Shown piece after piece: positions 10,786 to 20,097 of a stretch of 64,000 nt of DNA (the stretch's first letter is position 1; each line of letters begins with the position of its first letter). The position numbers and the translations under genes were made by a program. The stretch is from an uncultured cyanobacterium (GTDB taxonomy: Bacteria > Cyanobacteriota > Cyanobacteriia > Leptolyngbyales > Leptolyngbyaceae). The stretch spans positions 90,598-154,597 of the forward strand of contig CAVYAN010000061.1 in assembly GCA_963766075.1 (NCBI GenBank). The letters are read 5' to 3'. A model generated the notes under the pieces. It did not search any database and was not told the DNA's origin. It saw only the letters and a list, made by a program, of their open reading frames with translations.

Positions 10786-11424
10786 GTGCATAGCTCCCTT
10801 CCCACTCATTCGTCCACCAGCTTGATTTCGCCCGTGTTGTCTACTGCCGCGACTGCTGGACCACCGCTGAAATTGGGGGTGATGGCGTCCGGCAGTGGCA
10901 GTAACTTTGAAGCGATCGCCCAAGCCATTGCCAGTGGTCAACTGCAGGCCCAGATTCAAGTGCTAATCGGCAATAATCCCGACGCCCAAGCCTTTGCCCG
11001 CGCGGAAAAGTTTGGCATTCCGGCAACGTTGCTGAACCATCGCCAATTTGCCAGCCGAGAAGATCTGGATCGGGCGATCGTCCAAACCTTGACTGACCAC
11101 GGCGTCGAATGGGTAGTAATGGCGGGTTGGATGCGGATTGTCACACCGGTGTTAATCAATGCCTTTCCCCAGCGAATTCTGAATATTCACCCGAGCTTAC
11201 TGCCCAGCTTCAAAGGGAATCGTGCCGTGGCCCAAGCATTGGCCGCTGGGGTCAAAATTACGGGTTGTACAGTGCATCGCGTGGTGGCAGAAGTGGATAG
11301 TGGCGAGATTCTGATGCAGGCGGCGGTGCCAGTGCTGCCCAACGACACTGTGGAAAGTCTGCAAAATCGGATTCACGCCCAGGAGCATGTGATTTACCCC
11401 CGCGCGATCGCGCTGTGTTATTGA
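10786..11424 (+). CDS. purN: Phosphoribosylglycinamide formyltransferase
   Basis: LGVMASGSGSNFEAI, AGWMRI, NIHPSLLPSFKG, GCTVH..VDSG, QEH motifs. Confidence 0.95.
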   Translation: MHSSLPTHSSTSLISPVLSTAATAGPPLKLGVMASGSGSNFEAIAQAIASGQLQAQIQVLIGNNPDAQAFARAEKFGIPATLLNHRQFASREDLDRAIVQTLTDHGVEWVVMAGWMRIVTPVLINAFPQRILNIHPSLLPSFKGNRAVAQALAAGVKITGCTVHRVVAEVDSGEILMQAAVPVLPNDTVESLQNRIHAQEHVIYPRAIALCY

Positions 11425-11600
11425 AGGCCAGGGTAATTGAGCGACAGGGTGATTAAACGCCAGAAGTTATGGGTTCACCAATCAAGAAACGCCGGATGGG
11501 AGGCAATTGCTTGAACGATTGAACCCACACTCCTCTGGTCATTCGTAATCCAATATTAATCACCCAACCTCAATCACCAACCTCAATCATCTAACGCCAA

Positions 11601-12779
11601 TTAGACCCCGATTTCCTTGCTGTTGGCTTTCAGTAACTCCGCGATCGCCTCCCGTTCTACCCGGGGACTGGTCGGGACTTCTTGGCGGGCATCATTGATC
11701 AGCCAATCCAGAGAAGCAGCTTGCACATCGATTGTTGCACCGGTTTTATCCACGCAGTAGCGACCATACACCAGCTTGTCCACCAGTCGGACACCCGGAC
11801 CTAAGCGGGAATATTCAAAGATCACGCTGTTATCCACCGTGGCCCCGCTACAGACCCAGCAATTGGGACCAATCATAGTTGGTCCAATGATCTTGGCTCC
11901 ATCTTCGATGTGGGTCATCCCGCCAATGTATACCGGGCCTTGAATGTCCACCTTGTCCAAGTTCATGGCGACATTTAAGCCCACATAAATCCCCGGCGCA
12001 ATTTCTCGTCCGGGAATTTGAACGTTTTTCACTTCACCCAAGAGGACACTGCGAATCGCGCGCCAATAGTCGGGCACTTTGCCAATGTCCACCCACTCAA
12101 AATCCATGGAAATGCCGTAGAACGGTGCCCCGATTTCCACCAGCTTGGGGAACAGCTCACCCCCGATGTCATATTCCACGCCCGAGGGAATGTAATTGAA
12201 AATTTCTGGCTCAAAAATATAGATGCCTGTATTAATGCTGGTACTCAGGGCTTCTTCCACCTTGGGCTTTTCTTGGAAGGCTTTAATTTTTCCGTCAGCA
12301 TCGGTCACCACAACACCATAGCTGGGCACCTCCTCAAGGGGCACATCTTTCATGATCACCGTCGCAATGGATCCCTTTTCCCGGTGCCACTTAACGGCGG
12401 CAGTCAGGTCTAGATCAATCAGCGCATCCCCGCACAAAACGACGAAGGTATCGTCGAAAAAGGGCGAAAAATCTTGAATCTTTCGCATGCCGCCCGCAGA
12501 CCCAACGGCGGCTCCGACCAGTTCCCCATCAATGATTTTCCCTTCAAAGGAATAGGCAATTTCTACACCAAAGTGCTGCCCATCGCGGAAATAGCTTTCA
12601 ATTTCGTAGGCGAGATGACTCACGTTTACCATGATTTCTGTGAACCCGTGCTGTCGCAGGAGTTCCAGAAGAAATTCCATCACGGGCTTCTGTAGAATGG
12701 GAATCATGGGTTTTGGGGTGGTGTACGTAATCGGACGCACACGGGTACCCTTGCCTGCTGCCAGAATCATGGCTTTCAT
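11601..12779 (-). CDS. cugP: NDP-sugar pyrophosphorylase, CugP-type UDP-glucose pyrophosphorylase (often annotated mannose-1-P guanylyltransferase)
   Basis: MKAMILAAGKGTRVRPITY..PKPMIPILQKPVMEFLLELL, FQEKP, WVDIGKVPDYW, C-terminal hexapeptide repeats. Confidence 0.8.
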   Translation of the reverse strand: MKAMILAAGKGTRVRPITYTTPKPMIPILQKPVMEFLLELLRQHGFTEIMVNVSHLAYEIESYFRDGQHFGVEIAYSFEGKIIDGELVGAAVGSAGGMRKIQDFSPFFDDTFVVLCGDALIDLDLTAAVKWHREKGSIATVIMKDVPLEEVPSYGVVVTDADGKIKAFQEKPKVEEALSTSINTGIYIFEPEIFNYIPSGVEYDIGGELFPKLVEIGAPFYGISMDFEWVDIGKVPDYWRAIRSVLLGEVKNVQIPGREIAPGIYVGLNVAMNLDKVDIQGPVYIGGMTHIEDGAKIIGPTMIGPNCWVCSGATVDNSVIFEYSRLGPGVRLVDKLVYGRYCVDKTGATIDVQAASLDWLINDARQEVPTSPRVEREAIAELLKANSKEIGV

Positions 12780-12817
12780 AAACTACCTCTATCTCCCAAC
12801 CGAATCGCCACTAAATT

Positions 12818-12831
12818 GTAATTACTTTTAC
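12818..12831. promoter_or_regulatory. Possible NtcA box upstream of cugP
   Basis: GTA-ATTACTTT-TAC matches GTA-N8-TAC, 39-52 nt upstream of the start codon; a short motif that may occur by chance. Confidence 0.3.
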
Positions 12832-13049
12832 GAGATCAACCAATAGGACCTGAATACTCCTAGAACCCGGTATAGAACCGGACTGTATCCTCAATCCAAA
12901 CGTTGGGTTTGGGATAACGACTCTATGCTGACAGCATAGGCGGGCATACAGCAAAACAATGGCAATGACTCTACCGAATCTACATATGACTCAGCATTAT
13001 TTGATACTCAAAATAGCCACATTTTATTCTTAGAGAATCCTAACAGACT

Positions 13050-13928
13050 TTAGTCAGGCAGCACAGAAGAGGCAGCGTCAATTAGGTGTGTCGTTAAGTG
13101 TGATGCGGCTTGATCCGCAATCAAGTTAATTCTGAGGTCGTGGTAGAACTCCGTTTGGGCCAGTTCTACCTTGGACTGGGCCGATAGAAGTAAGAGTGCC
13201 CAAAATACGCCGACGCGATCGTGCTGGGGGGGCGGGGGCGGTTCGGTTTCGGTGACGGCGGCGTGGGCATGGGAAACATGGTAGCCGTTAATTTGGCTCC
13301 ACAGTTCTAAGAGAAGTTCAAAATCGATCCAGTTCTGGCCTTGACTGAGGTGGGTCCAGTATTGGATAAAGAACTCCTCTAGGGCGATCGCCATTTCAGT
13401 CAGGTTCTCATTATGGGCCAGTTCTGCGATCGTCCGGAGGGCCTCGCTGCGGGAATGTTGTTTGGGGCGTTTGAGGCGTTTTTGGCGGGGAGTGGGATCG
13501 TCGAGGGCAGCAGCAATGGTTTGAATTTGATCAATTAACTCTTTGAGCGTGACGCGCCGTTTTTGGGGCGGTTGGGCCACAGCACGGCGGCGCAGGCGGC
13601 GCTCTAGAAACGGCGGTAGCACATTGCCGTCTAGACCCAACTCATCCAGGAAACCGTCGCCATCTCCAGGGTCGGTTTCTGGGGTCGGCTCTGGCTGGGC
13701 CAAACTGTCTGCCTTTAGCAGGAGCAACATCGAAGCGTAGAGAAATGCCTGCCCCGACTGAGACAGATTGTCCTCGTACAAGGCTTGCCCAGAGCCGCTG
13801 AAGGGGCTGAGTTCGTTTAAAAAGCGGTCAATGACATCGACGACTTTGACGTCCCAAGGGTCAATTTCCCCACGCTCTGCCATGTCGATGAGGAGGGCGA
13901 TCGCATCTTGAGCTAAAGCAAGGGCCAT
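13050..13928 (-). CDS. scpA: Segregation and condensation protein A (SMC kleisin)
   Basis: AIALLIDMAERGEIDPWDVKVVDVIDRFL, SGQAFLYASMLLLLKADSL, RRVTLKELI, VGVFWALLLLSAQSKVEL. Confidence 0.92.
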   Translation of the reverse strand: MALALAQDAIALLIDMAERGEIDPWDVKVVDVIDRFLNELSPFSGSGQALYEDNLSQSGQAFLYASMLLLLKADSLAQPEPTPETDPGDGDGFLDELGLDGNVLPPFLERRLRRRAVAQPPQKRRVTLKELIDQIQTIAAALDDPTPRQKRLKRPKQHSRSEALRTIAELAHNENLTEMAIALEEFFIQYWTHLSQGQNWIDFELLLELWSQINGYHVSHAHAAVTETEPPPPPQHDRVGVFWALLLLSAQSKVELAQTEFYHDLRINLIADQAASHLTTHLIDAASSVLPD

Positions 13929-14081
13929 GGACTAAAACCTGTAGCGACGCGTCAGACGTACGGAATAGGGAACGTGTCTGTATGGTAGCCCAGAAATTCT
14001 TGGCGGTTTAGAGAAAAGGACTAGCCCGCGGCCTTCTCTCCTTGGATTTCTGGGCGATCGATAGGGCAATTAATGGGCTTA

Positions 14082-14238
14082 GGAGATTTCTATGAAAGAA
14101 TCTGCCGATCCAGATTGCTCCCTGAGCGGAGTCGAAGGGAGCAATCTGCCGCCGGCTGAGCGGAGTCGTAGTTCACTTCCCGCAGAATAGCCAGCGGATT
14201 TATTACCCAGTGGGTATATTACTTTCTTGGAGATTGCC
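14082..14238 (+). mobile_element. MITE copy 1 (ISAzo13-like ends)
   Basis: GGAGATTTCT...GGAGATTGCC imperfect TIRs; TTA duplicated at 14079-81 and 14239-41; internal 13-bp stem at 14111-14148. Confidence 0.7.
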
Positions 14239-14601
14239 TTATTGGGCGTAGACTTCCACCTCTTTATCCTCGGGCTTGGCCGCAGCAGCGGGCAAAAGAC
14301 GCTGCTGTTCCTGGATTTCGGCTTTGTAGCGTTCTACGTCTTCTTCAAGCTCGTGGATTCGGGTTTCGCGCAAGTTGACTTCTTGGGTCACTTCGATGGT
14401 TTTTTGCAATTGGGTCCAGACGCTGAAGACCCAGGCCAGGACGGCACCAATGCCCAGCGCCAGAATGAGTTCAACCGCCAGGGGAGCCTGTAGTTCTACC
14501 CCCTGCACCACGTGGATAATAGTCGGTTCTGTATTTTCGATGCCAAACAGCACGAGTGCCAAGCAGATGACAAAGATGATGACAAAGTTGACTTGTCGCA
14601 T
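14239..14601 (-). CDS. lapA: LapA family (DUF1049) lipopolysaccharide assembly protein
   Basis: MRQVNFVIIFVICLALVLFGIENTEP..VELQAPLAVELILALGIGAVLAW followed by a coiled coil; likely start 14601. Confidence 0.8.
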   Translation of the reverse strand: MRQVNFVIIFVICLALVLFGIENTEPTIIHVVQGVELQAPLAVELILALGIGAVLAWVFSVWTQLQKTIEVTQEVNLRETRIHELEEDVERYKAEIQEQQRLLPAAAAKPEDKEVEVYAQ

Positions 14602-14924
14602 ACCAAGATTCCTCAGCGTGTCGAAGGATGTGTTGAAAATTTGTCGAAAGATGCAGCCCTTGGAACTATCTCCAGCGATCGCCGTTTTTGTCCAAATGGG
14701 CTGCTTCAATATGTACCAGAGAGCCTGCAAAAATGTAGCACTATGAACAATTTTTTTATGGTTTGGGAATAAGCGGTCTAAGATAAAAGATATGTTTTTA
14801 TCGCTTGTTGGTCTAGTTCCCCCCGTGCCCATACAGGGCGGGGGGGCCGTTATTTGGGGTTACCTCGTCTGGGGCCAACAAGTCTTTAAAATTTTAATGA
14901 AAAATTCCCAGTGGGTAATCTCGC

Positions 14925-16523
14925 ATGAATGTTTTGTTGCTGTATCCGCGGTTTCCCAAAAGTTTTTGGTCGTTTGAAAAGACGTTGGAATTAGTGGGGC
15001 GCAAGGCTATGCTACCGCCGTTAGGGCTGGTCACTGTGGCGGCGATTTTGCCCCAGGAATGGCAGTTTAAACTGGCGGATCGCAACATTCGCGAGATTTC
15101 TGAGGCGGAATGGGCCTGGGCTGATCTGGTCATTCTGTCGGCGATGATTGTCCAGAAGGAGGATTTTCTGGAGCAGATTCGGGAAGCAAAGCGGCGCGGG
15201 AAGCGCGTCGCCGTGGGGGGCCCCTATCCGACCGCTTTGCCAGAAGAGGTGCTGGGAGTCGGGGCGGACTACATGATTTTAGATGAGGGGGAGATTACCT
15301 TGCCGCTGTTTGTCGAGGCGATCGCCCGCAACGAGCCCACGGGGATGTTCCGAGCCGATGGCAACCGTCCAGATGTCACCGGCACCCCGGTACCCCGGTT
15401 TGACCTGCTGGAACTGAATGCCTATTCGGAAATGTCCGTGCAGTTTTCGCGGGGCTGTCCCTTCCAGTGTGAATTTTGCGACATTATTGTGCTGTATGGG
15501 CGCAAGCCGCGCACCAAAACACCAGAGCAGCTTTTGGCGGAGTTGGACTGCCTGTATGAGCTGGGTTGGCGGCGCAGTGTGTTTATGGTGGATGACAACT
15601 TCATTGGCAACAAGCGCAATGTGAAACTGTTCCTGAAGCAGTTGCAGCCTTGGGTGGTGGCCCATCGCTATCCCTTCTCCTTCGCGACGGAGGCTTCGGT
15701 GGATTTGGCCCAGGATCAGGAACTTATGGATGCCATGGTGGCCTGTAATTTTGGCTCAGTGTTTTTGGGCATTGAAACGCCGGACGAGGAAAGTTTAGCC
15801 CTCACCCAGAAGTTCCAGAATACGCGGGATTCCCTGAGTGAGTCGGTGCTGCGGATTTCGCGATCGGGCTTGCGGGTTATGGCGGGCTTTATTATTGGAT
15901 TTGACGGTGAAAAAGCGGGCGCGGGGCAGCGGATTGTCCAATTCGTGGAGCAGACGGCGATCCCCACGGCGTTGTTTAGCATGCTGCAAGCCTTGCCAGA
16001 TACGGCCCTGTGGCATCGGCTCAAGCGGGAAGGTCGGCTGCGGGGCGAGTCGGCCAATATTAACCAGACGACGCTGATGAATTATGTGCCGACCCGCCCC
16101 CTGGAGGATATTGCCACGGAATACATCAACGCCTTTTGGGACCTGTACGATCCGGAGAAGTTTCTGGACCGGGCCTATCGCCACCATCGTCTGTTGGGTG
16201 AGGCGAATTTCCCCAAGCGGGACAAGAGTGCCAATAAAAAACTGGATTGGATGGCGGTGCGGGCGATCGCCATTATTGCCTGGAGACAGGGACTACTGCG
16301 GAAAACGCGCGGTCAGTTCTGGCGCAACCTGATCAGCATGTATCGCCACAATCGCGGGGGGATCAGCAGCTATCTATCGGTCTGTGCCCAGATTGAGCAT
16401 TTTCTGGAGTATCGTCAATTGGTCAAGGATGAAATAACCGCTCAGGTACAGGAATTTTTGGCCGAGGAAGCGAAGTTGTCTCTGGTCGTTGACCAGAAAT
16501 TGCCAGAAAAAGTTGCCATTTAG
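14925..16523 (+). CDS. B12-binding radical SAM protein with DUF4070
   Basis: PPLGLVTVAA, VGGPYPT cobalamin-binding region; SRGCPFQCEFCD CxxxCxxC; VDDNFIGNK; GFIIGFDGE. Confidence 0.9.
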   Translation: MNVLLLYPRFPKSFWSFEKTLELVGRKAMLPPLGLVTVAAILPQEWQFKLADRNIREISEAEWAWADLVILSAMIVQKEDFLEQIREAKRRGKRVAVGGPYPTALPEEVLGVGADYMILDEGEITLPLFVEAIARNEPTGMFRADGNRPDVTGTPVPRFDLLELNAYSEMSVQFSRGCPFQCEFCDIIVLYGRKPRTKTPEQLLAELDCLYELGWRRSVFMVDDNFIGNKRNVKLFLKQLQPWVVAHRYPFSFATEASVDLAQDQELMDAMVACNFGSVFLGIETPDEESLALTQKFQNTRDSLSESVLRISRSGLRVMAGFIIGFDGEKAGAGQRIVQFVEQTAIPTALFSMLQALPDTALWHRLKREGRLRGESANINQTTLMNYVPTRPLEDIATEYINAFWDLYDPEKFLDRAYRHHRLLGEANFPKRDKSANKKLDWMAVRAIAIIAWRQGLLRKTRGQFWRNLISMYRHNRGGISSYLSVCAQIEHFLEYRQLVKDEITAQVQEFLAEEAKLSLVVDQKLPEKVAI

Positions 16524-16527
16524 GTAA

Positions 16528-16666
16528 GGCGATTTCCAGGAAAAATTATACCGACCGAGATTGCTCCCTGAGCGCAGCCGTAGGGAGCAATCTCTCGCTG
16601 GCTGAGCGCAGCCATAGTCCACTTCCCGCAGGGTATCCAGCAGGTATTTATTTGTCAGAAATCGCC
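16528..16666 (+). mobile_element. MITE copy 2 (ISAzo13-like ends)
   Basis: GGCGATTTCC...AGAAATCGCC TIRs; TAA duplicated at 16525-27 and 16667-69; stem at 16557-16594. Confidence 0.8.
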
Positions 16667-16696
16667 TAATTACTAAGAACACTCTTCGCCTAAAAC

Positions 16697-16800
16697 CGCT
16701 CCCTGAGCGGAGTCGCCTACAATCGCTCCCTGAGCGGAGTCGAAGGGAGCAGTTACTGGCTAAGCGGGAGCCATAGGCCGCTTCCCGCAGCGTAGCCAGC
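16697..16800 (+). repeat. Partial copy of MITE internal region without clear TIRs
   Basis: GCTCCCTGAGCGGAGTCG x2, AGGGAGCAG, CTGGCTAAGCGG..CTTCCCGCAGCGTAGCCAGC. Confidence 0.75.
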
Positions 16801-16827
16801 GGGGTCATCTGGAATTAACTGGGACGT

Positions 16828-17889
16828 TTAATTTGGGATTTGGCCCATGGATTCGTTCGGTTTTTCCAGCACTGCATCCAAGGTGCCTTTTACCGTGCCA
16901 GCAATCGGGACTGCCACTAAAACACCCAAGAATCCGGCAATTTGCAACCCTACCAGCAGGGCGATGAAAATCCAAATGGGATTGAGTCCGGTGAAGTTGC
17001 CCATCATGCGGGGGGCAATCACATTGTCTCGGATTTGTTGAATCACGGTGGCGGCGATCGCCACCTTCAGCGCCAGAGTAAAGCTTTGCAGCATCAACAG
17101 CAGCACCACCAAGCCAATCCCTAGAGTAGCCCCAATAAACGGAATCAGTTCCGCAATCCCAATCACGAGGGCAAACAGCAGCGCAAAGGGCACCTGGAGC
17201 CACAGAAATATCGGGATCAGTACCGCCGTCATAAATCCGGCCAGAATTACCTGGCTGATAAAGAAATTTTGGAAGTTGAGCCGGAGAGATTGACTCAAGG
17301 GAATACCGTATTCCGGGGGCATGAGATTAATCAGACCCCGCCAGAGGCGATCGCCATAGAGCAGCATATAAAAGGCCAGCACCAGCACCAACAGGCTATT
17401 CACCAAACTGCTGACCGTACCCAGGGCCAGTCCCAGGGCTTGGGGAGCGAGGGTTTGCACTTGACTTTCCAGTTGGGTCGCCAATTGGCCACTGACCCGA
17501 TTGAAATCGACCGGCAGATTGCGCGATCGCGCCCAATTATCAAAGGCTTGCCAATTGCTTTGGCTTGACCCTAGCCAAGCCGGAATTCTTTCCAAAAGCT
17601 GGCTGGTCTGGTCCAGAATCAGCGGCACCAGAGTGACACCCGCCACCACCAACAGCGCCACAGTAATCATTAAAACAATGCTCACCGCTGGGATTCGCCG
17701 CACGCGAATTTTTTCCAGCCAGCGAACCGGATAGTTGAGCAAGAAGGCGATTACTGCTGAAATCACCAGTACCGTAATCAGTCCTTCAAAGTAGCGAAAT
17801 ACTTGACTCAGCAGCCACAGATTCACCCCGACGATGGGACCACTCAGCCCCAGGATCAGAAAACGTTTGAGGTCGGTGGCACGGTGCAT
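16828..17889 (-). CDS. AI-2E family transporter (PerM/YhhT-like)
   Basis: IAFLLNYPVRWL, ELIPFIGA, QQIRDNVIAPRMMG..GLNP, GFLGVLVAVPIA. Confidence 0.92.
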   Translation of the reverse strand: MHRATDLKRFLILGLSGPIVGVNLWLLSQVFRYFEGLITVLVISAVIAFLLNYPVRWLEKIRVRRIPAVSIVLMITVALLVVAGVTLVPLILDQTSQLLERIPAWLGSSQSNWQAFDNWARSRNLPVDFNRVSGQLATQLESQVQTLAPQALGLALGTVSSLVNSLLVLVLAFYMLLYGDRLWRGLINLMPPEYGIPLSQSLRLNFQNFFISQVILAGFMTAVLIPIFLWLQVPFALLFALVIGIAELIPFIGATLGIGLVVLLLMLQSFTLALKVAIAATVIQQIRDNVIAPRMMGNFTGLNPIWIFIALLVGLQIAGFLGVLVAVPIAGTVKGTLDAVLEKPNESMGQIPN

Positions 17890-17899
17890 AGGGGATCGC

Positions 17900-18706
17900 C
17901 TATAGCGGGGCAGAGGTCGGACTAATGGACACAGCGGGCTGGGTTGATTGTTTGAAATACTGGGCCTTGAGATATTGTCCCGCGATCACGAGGGCCAGGA
18001 TTAGGCCAGCGCCAATGCCGATCGCGTTCGGCATCCAAAAGGCAGCATCGACATGATTTTCTGCGCCCGGGGTTAACGTCCAAATCAGCTGGTCACCTTC
18101 CCGGCGCACCGGTAGCGGCGAGAGGCTACGTGCACCCCATGGCGCTGATAGGCGGAATTCCAGATTTACCAACGCTGCCGGACTCAGCAACACACTGCCT
18201 GTGGACACCCCCAGCGATCGCAAATCCAGATCGTACTGTATCCGATTGCGCTCCAGTAGGAGTAAATTGCTGCGGTGAACCGTCAAGTGCGATTGTAGCT
18301 CTGGCAAATCACGGAGTAGGCTCGCTTGGGCCGGGGTGATATCCGTTGGACTAAAAAAGCGATTGAACTTGGTTTCTAAGTCCTTGGCATCGCCAAAGGG
18401 AATCGTCACCCACAGTTCCTGATTCGGTCGTCGTTCAACCCGGCCTCCCAAACTGCGCGTGCTCTGTTCAATCAGGTTGGTCCACTGGCGAACCGTGCTG
18501 TCGCCAAGGCTGCGCAGGCGATCGCCGATCTGCAAATGCTGGATAATTTCGCCCTGACTGGGACTGGCTACATGAATACCCAAGTCATAATCCACGCATC
18601 CCGAGAGCAAAAGAGACGCGACCACCAGGAGCGCGATGGCTCGCAGACGTTGGAGTAGTTGCACCACTGAGAACATAGCCGTTTGCCTAACCATTTGCCT
18701 GACCAT
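17900..18706 (-). CDS. DUF3153 family lipoprotein
   Basis: Lipobox LLLSGC, QGEIIQH, LLLLERNRIQYDLDLRSLG, WTLTPG, C-terminal TM; start may be a downstream ATG. Confidence 0.8.
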   Translation of the reverse strand: MVRQMVRQTAMFSVVQLLQRLRAIALLVVASLLLSGCVDYDLGIHVASPSQGEIIQHLQIGDRLRSLGDSTVRQWTNLIEQSTRSLGGRVERRPNQELWVTIPFGDAKDLETKFNRFFSPTDITPAQASLLRDLPELQSHLTVHRSNLLLLERNRIQYDLDLRSLGVSTGSVLLSPAALVNLEFRLSAPWGARSLSPLPVRREGDQLIWTLTPGAENHVDAAFWMPNAIGIGAGLILALVIAGQYLKAQYFKQSTQPAVSISPTSAPL

Positions 18707-18888
18707 TGGGATTGCCTAACCCTTGGTATGATCTAACAACCTTTTTGCTAATCTGTCGCGTTATTTTCAATATTTTGCTGGAATCCGGTTAGACCAATAA
18801 GGGCGAGAGATAAAGAGAAAAAAGCAAGGGCTCAAGAGGCAGAGGGCACATCTGAATCGGCGGCGGCATTACCCGGATCTAGGATTAA

Positions 18889-19041
18889 GGCGGTTTCCAT
18901 GAAAATTATACCGACCGAGAGTGTTCCCTTCGACTTCGCTCCCTTCGACTTCGCTCAGGGAGCAGGTTTTACTGGCTGAGCGGAGCCGTAGTTCGCTTCC
19001 CGCAGGGTAGCCAGCAGGTCTATTACTTGTTGGAAATCGCC
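18889..19041 (+). mobile_element. MITE copy 3 (ISAzo13-like ends)
   Basis: GGCGGTTTCC...GGAAATCGCC TIRs; TAA duplicated at 18886-88 and 19042-44. Confidence 0.8.
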
Positions 19042-19137
19042 TAACCGATAGGATTAACCGTCGCCAGCGATATGGGCACTACGGGATTAATTTTAATTTT
19101 TCCTTTTGAATTTTTAATTTAACCCGATTGCCCCAGA

Positions 19138-19764
19138 CTATTGCCCCAGACTATTCCAAAGGGCCAAACTGCCTAGGGTCAGCACCGTAACTCCCAGGGC
19201 CAACCCAATAAATTGATTGTCCCTGGGAATTTCTGGCGGGAGGGGTTCCGGTAATTCAAATAAGGGTTTAGATTTTTCTTTTCGGGTGGTTTTGGGTACA
19301 AACTGGGAGGCTCCGCGCGTGCCATACCCGGCGTTGTCGGACAGATTGGTAAGATCGGGGATGGGCGTTGTCCATTCGGGGCGGATTTGTAACCGGGGTG
19401 CTTCTAGGATGTAGAGGAGCCGCTTCGCTTGAGTGCGAACAGTGTGGTCCGGGTGACGGCTGACTTGGCGACAGAGGGCGATCGCCGCATCCTGCTGGCC
19501 TGCGGCTTCGTAGGCGGTGACTAGCCACACCTGAACGGTTCCGCCAAGGCGAGAGCGGCGATCGCCCTGGGCTTGGGCCTGTTCCAAATATTGAATCGAC
19601 TGGCGATAGTCACCCCGCTCAAAGGCTACTTTGCCTCGCTCAAAGGCAGCGAGAACACTGGCCGTTTGATCGGCGCTGGAACCGGAGTTGGGTCCCGGGC
19701 TAGAGTCTAGCTCCAGGGCTAAATTTGGGTCTGGACTGGGACTGGAACGAAGGTCTGAGCTCAC
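19138..19764 (-). CDS. TPR-containing membrane-anchored protein
   Basis: GKVAFERGDYRQSIQYLEQA, VQVWLVTAYEAAG, QAKRLLYILEAPRL, C-terminal TM. Confidence 0.8.
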   Translation of the reverse strand: MSSDLRSSPSPDPNLALELDSSPGPNSGSSADQTASVLAAFERGKVAFERGDYRQSIQYLEQAQAQGDRRSRLGGTVQVWLVTAYEAAGQQDAAIALCRQVSRHPDHTVRTQAKRLLYILEAPRLQIRPEWTTPIPDLTNLSDNAGYGTRGASQFVPKTTRKEKSKPLFELPEPLPPEIPRDNQFIGLALGVTVLTLGSLALWNSLGQ

Positions 19765-19807
19765 GATGATCGCATCAAAAACGTTTAGGATAAGGGGAGC
19801 GTTAACT

Positions 19808-19933
19808 CAACTAAGCCAAAAATTAGCCGAGTCGAAACTAGGCCAAAAGTTAGCTGAATTTAAACAAATCTGAGTTAAACAGAGCTAAGTCAAGTAGAGC
19901 TGAGTCAAAGAGATTAGCCGAGTCAAGCAGAAC
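19808..19933. repeat. Degenerate ~15-18-nt tandem repeats
   Basis: Recurrent AGC(C/T)GAGTCAA / AGCTAAGTCAAG / TTAGCCGAGTC units. Confidence 0.5.
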
Positions 19934-20097
19934 AGCATCACGCTACCTCTGAACAGGGAACCTTTTGCACCGGAATCGAGTCATTGAATACTTAGAATAA
20001 ACGCTGTCTTTTGCGGAAAGCAAGTTATGTGGGCGGGGCATCGACCGTTGCAGGTTGAACACGATAGGTTTTTGCTAATTTTATTACGGTAAAAAAT

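Noticed and set aside
14925..16523. Calling the radical SAM HpnP or BchE
   Set aside because: Motifs support only the B12-binding/DUF4070 class, and no hopanoid or pigment context is adjacent
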